Below are positions 23,770 through 31,607 of a stretch of DNA of 49,471 nucleotides, in pieces. The stretch covers positions 1 to 49,471 of the forward strand of contig JANRMB010000084.1 of NCBI GenBank assembly GCA_033761985.1, written 5' to 3'. Source of the stretch: Candidatus Sumerlaeia bacterium. GTDB taxonomy: Bacteria; Sumerlaeota; Sumerlaeia; SLMS01; JAHLLQ01. Each line of letters starts with the position of its first letter. Position 1 is the stretch's first letter. A program made the position numbers and the translations under genes. The notes beneath the pieces were generated by a model that saw nothing but the letters and a program-made list of their open reading frames with translations, had not been told where the DNA came from and made no database searches.

Positions 23770-26454
23770 ATGACGCGACCTCTTCCCGCCCAACCCGCCG
23801 CCGGTACCGGAGCCACTTCCGGTTATCCCCAGCGAGCCGCTGGTATTGCCAACGCCCTGGACGGAGTTCCTGAGTCGGAAATTCTGACCGTCACTCTCAA
23901 CGGCAAAACCGTGAAGGCTCGCAAAGGCGAGACGATCATGGAAGTGTGCCACCGGGAGAACGTGTTTGTACCCCACTACTGCTGGCACCCTGCGCTCAGC
24001 ATCGCCGGTAACTGCCGCCTTTGCCTTGTGGATGTGGAAAAGGCACCGAAGCCTCAGATCGCCTGCCAAACCCAAGTGGCGCCCAATATGGTGATCAACA
24101 CGGAAAACGCCAAGGCCAAGGAAAACCAGCAGTGGATGATGGAGTTCCTGCTCGTTAACCACCCCCTCGACTGCCCTATTTGCGACCGTGGCGGCGAGTG
24201 CCAACTTCAGCGTTATTCCATGGAATATGGTACTACCCACACCCGCATGGCGGATCAGAAACGCAAGTTCATCAAGCCCCAAGCCGACCCGCTGATCGAT
24301 ATCGAACGCAATCGCTGCATCATGTGTACCCGCTGCGTGCGCTTCACGGATGAAATTGGTGGCGAACACGTGATGGGCGTTTTCGATCGTGGCAACGGCA
24401 ACTACATCGGAACGTTTGGTCAGGGCCCTGTTTCCAACATTTTCTCCGGGAACGTGATTGATCTCTGCCCCGTGGGTTGCCTCACCAACAAGAAGTACCG
24501 CTTCAAAGCACGCCCCTGGGAACTGAAACAAACCCAGTCCACCTGTGATCATTGCGCTTCGGGCTGCAAGGTCACTTCCTGGACCCGGAATGAGAAGTTG
24601 TACCGTTGCACTCCTCCCTCCCGGAAGAACCATGATTCCTTCACCATCAACGAGGACACGGAAGAATTTATCTGTAACCAAGGGCGTTTCGCCAGCGATT
24701 ACGGATTCAGCGCCGCCCGGTTGGACGAAGCAAAAATCATCATCGCTGATCGGTTGACTCCCACCTCGTTCCAGAATGCTTTGGATCGCGCCGCCAAAGA
24801 TTTGCAAGCGGTTGTGGCCGCTCATGGCCCAAGCTCCGTGGCGATCACGGTTTCCCCACGGACTACCAACGAGGAAGCTCTGGCGATTCGCGCTCTGGCC
24901 AACAGCGTGTTGAAAACCCCCAATCTTGAATGGCGTTACGGTTTCGCTTCTGATGCCGCTGCCGATGCTGTTTCCCTCGCTCTGAAGCATGCCACAGGTT
25001 CTTTCGAGCAATTCCCCGATGTGATTGTGGTGGTAAACGGTCAGTTGGAACAACAGGTGCCTGTAACGGCGATGCTGATTCAAGAGCATGCCCGCCGGCA
25101 TGGTTCCAAGCTGGTGTTGCTTGGTCATCATCACAGCGCCTACTTGGCTGCCCACGCTACCAAACAATTCTACAATCAGCCCGGCCGCACCTCGGTTGTG
25201 GTGGAAGCACTTGCCAAGGCTGTTGCTGGGGATGAAGCCTCCAAGGGTGAACTCTCCACAATTCTGAATCAAACCGATGCGGAAGTCTCCGCGTTGATCG
25301 CTCTTCTTCAATCTGCGGAACGTGGGTTGGTGGTGGAAGGATTGATGGATTTTGAAGGGGCGATGATTGCTGCGGAAGTACCCGCCACCATCAACTTCAC
25401 CAAGGCGCTCGGTGCGGAGAAGTGGGGTTATCTTCCCTGCGTTACCCAGCGTAACGCCGTGGGCTTATGCCGACTTGGCGTGGAGTCCAAGGGGTTGAAG
25501 CCAAGCGAGCTTCTTCCAGCCATCAAGTCTGGCAAAATCAAGGCTCTTGTTGCCTTCGGCGCGGATTCTCTTACGGCGTTTGGCGATTACGCCTCGGTTG
25601 CTCCTGTTCTGGATCAACTCCCGGTGTTTGTCATCGCCGACTACTTCGATACACCTCTTACCCGTGTTGCGACTACCGTGTTCCCCCTTACCACCAATCT
25701 GGAGCGCACCGGTACCTTTGCCGATATCGAGGGGAACCTTGCGCTTCTCAATCAGTCGGTTGAGCCGCAGGGTGATTCCCGTTCCGCGTTGGAAATCGCT
25801 GCTGGTCTCGGCAAGTCCCTCGGTAGCGATGCTGTGCCCGCAACGCTGGAGTCCGCATGGGCGGCCTTCCGTAAAGAAGTTGCTCCTGCTTCCACGCTTC
25901 CGATTCGTGGTTTGGAATTGGAAGGGAGCACCAACTCCGCAGATTTCGTTGTGGTGGATAACAAATCCCAAGCTCGTAATCGCAGCACCAGTTACAACCC
26001 AGGAAGCTATCGCAAGGATGGGCTCAATCTTCGGGGCACTCTCCCCTCGGAGGCTCTGGCCGTTCCGCACGCTTCTGTGGAGCTTGAGACCGGTGAAAAA
26101 GGCTTCGTGCTTCTCTGGGGTCCCAGCGTGTTGAGCAAAGGCCATGTGGAAAACCAATCGCCCATCGCTGAAACCCTTCTTCCCAAGCCCTTCCTGGAGA
26201 TTCAACCCCAGGATGCGTTGGAGATGGGTCTGGAAAAAGATCAGTTTGTGATTCTTCACATCGGCGATCGCCGCGCCAAAGCTGCGATCAAGTACAGCCG
26301 TGGTACTGCACCCGGTTGTGTGTATCTGACCTCTGGCGGCTACGGCGCTTTCGATGCCGCGTCGCTTGGTGGTCCTGCTGTTGTGACTCTTGAACCATTG
26401 AATGAAAAAGCCCCCAATCAAGGAGAAACCCTCGTTCCGCAAGAGCAGCACTAA
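23770..26454 (+). CDS. nuoG: NADH-quinone oxidoreductase subunit G
   Basis: 2Fe-2S CWHPALSIAGNCRLCLV. HPLDCPICDRGGECQLQ. RCIMCTRCVRF. Molybdopterin-oxidoreductase-like remainder. The ATG at 23770 is preferred; a TTG at 23671 overlapping the nuoF stop is an alternative. Confidence 0.93.
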   Translation: MTRPLPAQPAAGTGATSGYPQRAAGIANALDGVPESEILTVTLNGKTVKARKGETIMEVCHRENVFVPHYCWHPALSIAGNCRLCLVDVEKAPKPQIACQTQVAPNMVINTENAKAKENQQWMMEFLLVNHPLDCPICDRGGECQLQRYSMEYGTTHTRMADQKRKFIKPQADPLIDIERNRCIMCTRCVRFTDEIGGEHVMGVFDRGNGNYIGTFGQGPVSNIFSGNVIDLCPVGCLTNKKYRFKARPWELKQTQSTCDHCASGCKVTSWTRNEKLYRCTPPSRKNHDSFTINEDTEEFICNQGRFASDYGFSAARLDEAKIIIADRLTPTSFQNALDRAAKDLQAVVAAHGPSSVAITVSPRTTNEEALAIRALANSVLKTPNLEWRYGFASDAAADAVSLALKHATGSFEQFPDVIVVVNGQLEQQVPVTAMLIQEHARRHGSKLVLLGHHHSAYLAAHATKQFYNQPGRTSVVVEALAKAVAGDEASKGELSTILNQTDAEVSALIALLQSAERGLVVEGLMDFEGAMIAAEVPATINFTKALGAEKWGYLPCVTQRNAVGLCRLGVESKGLKPSELLPAIKSGKIKALVAFGADSLTAFGDYASVAPVLDQLPVFVIADYFDTPLTRVATTVFPLTTNLERTGTFADIEGNLALLNQSVEPQGDSRSALEIAAGLGKSLGSDAVPATLESAWAAFRKEVAPASTLPIRGLELEGSTNSADFVVVDNKSQARNRSTSYNPGSYRKDGLNLRGTLPSEALAVPHASVELETGEKGFVLLWGPSVLSKGHVENQSPIAETLLPKPFLEIQPQDALEMGLEKDQFVILHIGDRRAKAAIKYSRGTAPGCVYLTSGGYGAFDAASLGGPAVVTLEPLNEKAPNQGETLVPQEQH

Positions 26455-26585
26455 ATCCCTTCCCAAAAGGGAATGGAATAGCCGTTGACTCTGGAGCCCA
26501 TCCTGCAAAGAACCATGGCCATCCAAACATCACTGGCCGAACTTTACCGGGAAATCTGCTCCGTTGACTTCGAGATCCGCCGCCT

Positions 26586-28016
26586 ATGACGCTCATTAAT
26601 CTGCAACCAGTCTTTGATTTTCTGGGAATTTTCCTTGGGGGACCCGCCACGGCATTGGTGGTTGTTCTCGCACTTCTCAAGATATTCATTATTCTTCAAC
26701 ACGTCTTGTTGATTGTACCGCTCACTGTTTGGGCTGAACGCCGCATTATCGGGTTGATTCAGGATCGTCCCGGCCCCAACCGCGTTGGCCCCTTCGGTTT
26801 GCTTCAGGGTTTGGTGGACGGTATCAAACTTTTGATGAAGGAAGACTTTATCCCGAAAGGTGCCGATCGTACTCTCTACCTGATGGCCCCTTCTCTGGTG
26901 GTTGTTCCCGCGTTTATGGCGATGTGCATTATCCCCTTCGGTCCGATTATCGAAGGCGAAGCTCTTCTTCAACTGTACACCCTTTTTGGTCTTCAGGGAA
27001 TGTATACCCCCAACAGTACGCTGCCGATTGCGATTTCCAACCCAAGCATTGGTATTCTGTATGTTTTCGCCATCACCTCTGTGGGTGTTTACGGTATTAC
27101 CATGGCGGGCTGGGCGTCGGAGAATAAGTGGTCGTTGCTCGGCGGTATTCGTGCTTCCGCGCAAATGATCAGCTATGAAATCAGCATGTCGATGTCGATC
27201 ATCGGCGTTCTGCTGATTGTGGGCTCTCTGAACTTGTACGACATTATTGATTCCCAAAACGATATCCGCTTCTGGAACGTGTGGGCTCAGCCCGTGGGTT
27301 TCTTCCTTTTCCTGGTTTCCATCATCGCTGAGACCAACCGTCTGCCCTTCGACTTGGCGGAAGGGGAATCCGAGCTTACGGGTGGTTTCCACACAGAATA
27401 TTCCTCGATGAAGTTCGCGCTGTTTTTCCTGGCGGAATACACCAACATGATTACTGCTTCCGCTTCTTTGGTGGTGTTGTTCCTCGGTGGCTACAACATC
27501 GTTCCCCAGGAATGGATTGTTTCGGGCATCAACGCCGGGCTTGCTTTCATTTCAGATTCCCAAGCCGGTATCACATTCCCGTCCCAGTTGGGATTGATCA
27601 TCGCCTCGGTACTTGCTCCGGGTGGTTTGGCGATCAAAATCGCCGCTGTGATTCTGTTGATGATTATGCTCCGCGCCATGTGGCCGCGTATGCGTTACGA
27701 TCAGGTGATGAACCTTGGTTGGAAAGTGATGCTGGTCGCTGGTTTGATCAACTTGGTCATTACGGCTGTGGGTGTTGCGCTTCTTTCTCTGTGGGGAGCT
27801 CAAACAGCAGCGGGTGGTACTCAGGAAGCTGTTCAACAAGCCATTAGTGAAACCATTCACAACTACAAGTTCCTGATTGGAATCGTCACTCTGGTGCTTC
27901 TCGTCATTGCCGACCGCGTGTATCAAGCGCGTCGCCGTCAGGAAATCAAAACCAAATACCGCACGTTCAATGCGGGTCGTCGGGCTCTTGCACCCATGAC
28001 CGCGGCGAGCCGTTGA
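26586..28016 (+). CDS. nuoH: NADH-quinone oxidoreductase subunit H (with C-terminal extension)
   Basis: AERRIIGLIQDRPGPNRVGPFGLLQ, ETNRLPFDLAEGESELTGGFHTEYS, AEYTNM. At 476 aa it is longer than the typical NuoH as I remember it. Confidence 0.93.
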   Translation: MTLINLQPVFDFLGIFLGGPATALVVVLALLKIFIILQHVLLIVPLTVWAERRIIGLIQDRPGPNRVGPFGLLQGLVDGIKLLMKEDFIPKGADRTLYLMAPSLVVVPAFMAMCIIPFGPIIEGEALLQLYTLFGLQGMYTPNSTLPIAISNPSIGILYVFAITSVGVYGITMAGWASENKWSLLGGIRASAQMISYEISMSMSIIGVLLIVGSLNLYDIIDSQNDIRFWNVWAQPVGFFLFLVSIIAETNRLPFDLAEGESELTGGFHTEYSSMKFALFFLAEYTNMITASASLVVLFLGGYNIVPQEWIVSGINAGLAFISDSQAGITFPSQLGLIIASVLAPGGLAIKIAAVILLMIMLRAMWPRMRYDQVMNLGWKVMLVAGLINLVITAVGVALLSLWGAQTAAGGTQEAVQQAISETIHNYKFLIGIVTLVLLVIADRVYQARRRQEIKTKYRTFNAGRRALAPMTAASR

Positions 28017-28083
28017 GTGTTGAACCGTTTCATGTGCCAACTTGTGAATCCCTATCTGACTTGTACCATAAGGAGTGTGAACC

Positions 28084-28617
28084 ATGCTGGTTGAACTGGC
28101 AAAAGGCTTCGGTATAGCCGGAAAACACTTGCTGAAATCGTTTCTTCCGCAAAACCGTGTTACGGTGGAGTACCCGGAAGTACGGCGTGAACAGCCGGTC
28201 TTCTTCCGTGGTCGCCATCGCCTTCAACGGTATTCGGATGGGTTGGAGCGTTGTGTCGGCTGTGCGCTGTGCGCAGCAGTATGCCCGAGCGAGGCCATCT
28301 ATCTGGAAGCCAAGGAAAACTCACCCACCAACCGTGTTTCCCCGGGTGAGCGGCATGCAGAGCTGTATCAGATTCACCTTCTCCGCTGTATTTTCTGCGG
28401 TTTCTGCGAAGAGGCCTGCCCGGAGGATGCCATCGTTATGGGCCCCACGTACGAGCTCGCCTCCGACCGCCGTCCCGACTTCATCGCCAACAAAGAAGAC
28501 ATGCTCGACCCCGTTGAAAAGGGGTTCGGCGATTACCACGTTTATGACCCCTACATTTCCCACGTGACGCCTGAATCCGATCAGAGCGCGAAAGCAGATC
28601 CATGGGCTTTGACTTGA
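28084..28617 (+). CDS. nuoI: NADH-quinone oxidoreductase subunit I
   Basis: Two 4Fe-4S motifs: CVGCALCAAVCP and CIFCGFCEEACP. Confidence 0.95.
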   Translation: MLVELAKGFGIAGKHLLKSFLPQNRVTVEYPEVRREQPVFFRGRHRLQRYSDGLERCVGCALCAAVCPSEAIYLEAKENSPTNRVSPGERHAELYQIHLLRCIFCGFCEEACPEDAIVMGPTYELASDRRPDFIANKEDMLDPVEKGFGDYHVYDPYISHVTPESDQSAKADPWALT

Positions 28618-29147
28618 TTTATACCCTTCTTTACATCCTGACTCTTGTTTCCGGCATTCTGGTGCTGACGCTCCGGGATACAGTGAAGAGCGCCATGGCT
28701 CTCGTACTGTTGATGCTCTCCCTCGCCTGCCATTACTTCTACATGGGGCAGGAGTTCATCGGCGCTATTCAGATCATCGTCTATGCGGGCGCCATCATGG
28801 TGCTTTTCCTGTTTGTGATTATGTTGCTGAACGTTCGGGAGCAGGAAATCACTCCCTGGTATCTTCGCAATTCCCGTTACATGGCGGGTGTTTTCTCCGC
28901 CGTTTTCTTCCTGATTCTGGCCTTTGGAATCAGCGTTTTCGGTACCGATGACATCGAGGGCTTTTCCGCCACTCCTCCTTCTATTGTGGAGCTTTCCACC
29001 CTTCTGACCACCAAGTATTTCCTTCCGTTCATCCTTACTTCCGTTCTGCTCCTCGTTGCCGTAATTGGCGCCGTGGTAATGGGTCGCCGATTCGATCCAG
29101 AAACGGGTGAGGAATACATCCCAGAAGATATCGAAAGCGCATCCTGA
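28602..29147 (+). CDS. nuoJ: NADH-quinone oxidoreductase subunit J
   Basis: FIGAIQIIVYAGAIMVLFLFVIMLL. Five TM pattern. Overlaps the nuoI end by 16 nt. Confidence 0.9.
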   Translation: MGFDLIYTLLYILTLVSGILVLTLRDTVKSAMALVLLMLSLACHYFYMGQEFIGAIQIIVYAGAIMVLFLFVIMLLNVREQEITPWYLRNSRYMAGVFSAVFFLILAFGISVFGTDDIEGFSATPPSIVELSTLLTTKYFLPFILTSVLLLVAVIGAVVMGRRFDPETGEEYIPEDIESAS

Positions 29148-29152
29148 TACCC

Positions 29153-29458
29153 ATGGAACCAAACTTTCTCAACACGCTGATTCTTGCTGCCACGCTCTTC
29201 ACCATCGGTATTTTGGGGGTGATGTGGAAACGAAACGCCATCTCGTTGTTCATGATGGTGGAACTGATGCTGAATGCCGCCAATTTGGCATTTGTTGCAT
29301 TTGCCACGCAATTTGGTCTGATGCAGGGGGGCGCGTTGGTGCTCTTTATCATGACGGTTGCCGCTTCTGAAGCTGCCGTGGGTTTGGCGATTTTTATCGC
29401 CATCTTCCGCTCTCAACGCCATATCCGGGCGGATGAACTTGACACTTTGCGGGGCTGA
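29153..29458 (+). CDS. nuoK: NADH-quinone oxidoreductase subunit K
   Basis: 101 aa with 3 TM. MVELMLNAANLAFVAF and AASEAAVGLAI. Confidence 0.93.
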   Translation: MEPNFLNTLILAATLFTIGILGVMWKRNAISLFMMVELMLNAANLAFVAFATQFGLMQGGALVLFIMTVAASEAAVGLAIFIAIFRSQRHIRADELDTLRG

Positions 29459-29522
29459 CTTCTCCCTATCTTCACACCATTCAACCGCCTTCGGGACATT
29501 TTGAACCTCAATTCCACACAGG

Positions 29523-31265
29523 ATGGGAACTTCTCCTTCCATGTTCTCTGAAATCACTGCCTACGTTCCCCAAATTGGGCTGCATGAAGTTGCTCCGTTT
29601 TTGATCCTCCTGTTGGGGGGCCTTTTCGTTCTTGCTTTGGATGCCGTACTGGATTTGGTCATCAAGGGAATCACCCCCGGTCGTCGGGATAGTGTCCTCA
29701 CGGCTACTACTTTGGCCACCATCGTGGTTGCCGGTGCAACGTTCCTCCTGAACTTCCTCGGCGCCACCGCGGAACCCTTCCTCGAAGGCTCGCTGCGCTC
29801 TGATGAGTTTGCCAAGTGGGGTGCTTTGGTCATTCTTTTCGGTGGTTTGGTGTTTACCATCCTTGCTCCTCCTGTTTTGCACGAACGCAAACTCCCTGCC
29901 GGTGAAATGTATGCGTTGTTGCTTTTTGCTCTGTTCGGTATGACGATGCTTGCCGTGGCCAATGAGTTAATTGTGGCCTTTATTTGTATCGAAATTCTCT
30001 CCCTTGCCTTGTATGTGATGGTGGGTGTTGACCGCCGGAGCCGCAAATCTGCCGAGGCTTCCTTCAAGTATTTCATCCTTGGTGCGTTTGCTTCTGCATT
30101 CTTGGTTTTGGGGATCGGGTTCATTTTCGGTGCCACCGGAACCACTCAACTCTTCGGCACACAAAGCGAAACTGCCAAAGTTCTTGCCAATCGCGCCGCT
30201 GGCCTTCCCTACGGCCTTCCTCAGGATCAACCCTCCTACAATTTGGGCATCGATCAAATACTGGCATCAGGTGAACGGTTGGTGGTGGTGGACAAGCCGG
30301 TGGCGGAGATGGCGGGCGAAAATGTGGTCACCACAATGGATGCCGTGGTGAAGACTGCTCCACTCAATCCCGTTTGGGTGTTCATGGGTTTTGCCCTGAT
30401 TTTGGTGGGGCTTTGCTTCAAACTCTCCCTCGCACCGTTTCACATGTGGGCACCCGATGTTTATGAAGGCGCTCCCACAGTTACCGCATTGCTGGTGGCC
30501 ACCTCCTCCAAAGTTGCGGCGTTTGCCTTCCTGATTCACTTGGTGGAGGCGATGAACTTCTGGCCGTACTTCCCCAAGGCTGCTGGCCCCTTGCTTTCCG
30601 CTGTGGCAATCTTGTCGATTCTTTGGGGGAACGTAGCCGCGGTGGTTCAAACCAATATCAAACGTATGCTGGCGTATTCTTCCATCGCTCACGGTGGGTA
30701 CATCTGTGTGGGGATCGCCACGCTGGTTGCGCCCACCGTCTTTTCTGATGACCTCGCACTTCAGCAAGTGCGGGAAGCAATAGTCTTCTACTTGTTTGGT
30801 TATACGTTGATGAACGTGATCGCCTTCGGTATCGCCTCTTACCTCAACCGCAATGGCGATACGGAAATTCGGCACTACCGCGGCTTGGCCTCCCGTCGTC
30901 CCTGGGTTGCTGCTGCCATGAGCCTCACGATGATCAGCCTGATGGGGCTTGCGATTCCCGGTACGGTTGGTTTCTGGAATAAGTACATGGTGGTGAAAGA
31001 AGCGATTAGCGCTGAGTTGTATATTCTTGCTTCCGCGGTGATTATAGGTTCGGCAATTTCCGCCTACTACTACCTGCGTTTGGTGGTGGCGATGCACATG
31101 CAACCTGCCGACTCCGGTCCTCAGGCTGATATTGAACCCGTTTGTTTTACCAAAGGAAATCATGTGGTGCTATCCAGCCATGGAACACCGTTTATTCTGG
31201 GCCTTACCACCGGGATGATTATCCTCTTCGGTGTGATTCCCTTCCTCTTTTTTGCGTTGGGGTAA
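29523..31265 (+). CDS. nuoN: NADH-quinone oxidoreductase subunit N (placed before nuoL/nuoM)
   Basis: Aligns by eye with E. coli NuoN as I remember it: IEILSLALYVMVG..KSAEASFKYFILGAFASAFLVLG, FKLSLAPFHMWAPDVYEGAPTVTALLVATSSKVAAF, QTNIKRMLAYSSIAHGGY, YRGLASRRPW, GSAISAYYYLRLV. Confidence 0.9.
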   Translation: MGTSPSMFSEITAYVPQIGLHEVAPFLILLLGGLFVLALDAVLDLVIKGITPGRRDSVLTATTLATIVVAGATFLLNFLGATAEPFLEGSLRSDEFAKWGALVILFGGLVFTILAPPVLHERKLPAGEMYALLLFALFGMTMLAVANELIVAFICIEILSLALYVMVGVDRRSRKSAEASFKYFILGAFASAFLVLGIGFIFGATGTTQLFGTQSETAKVLANRAAGLPYGLPQDQPSYNLGIDQILASGERLVVVDKPVAEMAGENVVTTMDAVVKTAPLNPVWVFMGFALILVGLCFKLSLAPFHMWAPDVYEGAPTVTALLVATSSKVAAFAFLIHLVEAMNFWPYFPKAAGPLLSAVAILSILWGNVAAVVQTNIKRMLAYSSIAHGGYICVGIATLVAPTVFSDDLALQQVREAIVFYLFGYTLMNVIAFGIASYLNRNGDTEIRHYRGLASRRPWVAAAMSLTMISLMGLAIPGTVGFWNKYMVVKEAISAELYILASAVIIGSAISAYYYLRLVVAMHMQPADSGPQADIEPVCFTKGNHVVLSSHGTPFILGLTTGMIILFGVIPFLFFALG

Positions 31266-31271
31266 GTTGAC

Positions 31272-31601
31272 TTGATTTCCAAGTGCTTTCTTTCTCCATC
31301 CGCCTTTCAACAGGTTTGCCTGATTCTGGACCCCTCGCGGGTTTATTTGCAGAATCGTGGTGATGTTGTGGCGGAAGTGGAATTCCGTGAGTTGCCGTAT
31401 TTCTTTGTTCTGCGTTCGCGGGATAAATGGCAGGAAGGCAAACCCGATCCGCACCATGTGCAGGTAAAGGGCGCCAATACTTTAGGGCTTTTTTTCGAAG
31501 CGAACTCAGCTGCCGATCAAGGCGATAAGACAGTCTTCGTTCCCTGGGCGAACGTTATTAGTTTCAGTATTCCCAATGACTCGACACCTTCTGGAGATTA
31601 A
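31272..31601 (+). CDS. Hypothetical soluble protein between nuoN and nuoL (start uncertain, no ATG)
   Basis: The open frame fills the 342-nt nuoN-nuoL gap almost exactly. A TTG at 31272 is preceded by GGGG about 9 nt upstream. The frame is the same as nuoN, separated only by TAA (31263-31265) and two codons. The 3' end carries the nuoL RBS (GGAGA). I recognised no family. Confidence 0.45.
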   Translation: MISKCFLSPSAFQQVCLILDPSRVYLQNRGDVVAEVEFRELPYFFVLRSRDKWQEGKPDPHHVQVKGANTLGLFFEANSAADQGDKTVFVPWANVISFSIPNDSTPSGD

Positions 31602-31607
31602 CGTTTC

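Noticed and set aside
19354-26526. Series of long minus-strand ORFs (19354-20466, 20500-21612, 22571-23671, 23614-25311, 25465-26526) across nuoB-nuoG
   Set aside because: All are antisense to nuo genes that carry diagnostic cofactor motifs. The translations are low-complexity (G/R/H/V-rich) with no recognisable domains. They are shadow ORFs.
26485-26589. Micro-ORF (24 codons from ATG 26515, or 34 from TTG 26485) filling the nuoG-nuoH spacer and ending in an ATGA overlap with the nuoH start
   Set aside because: It has no convincing RBS. An open frame of about 100 nt in one of three frames is expected by chance fairly often. It cannot be supported without conservation or ribosome-profiling data.
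26544-31163. Minus-strand ORFs 26544-27392, 27552-28085, 28581-29162, 28877-29557, 29561-30145 and 30267-31163 over nuoH-nuoN
   Set aside because: They are antisense to membrane-subunit genes. The translations are Arg/His/Gln-rich, which is the complement of hydrophobic codons. They are not credible genes.
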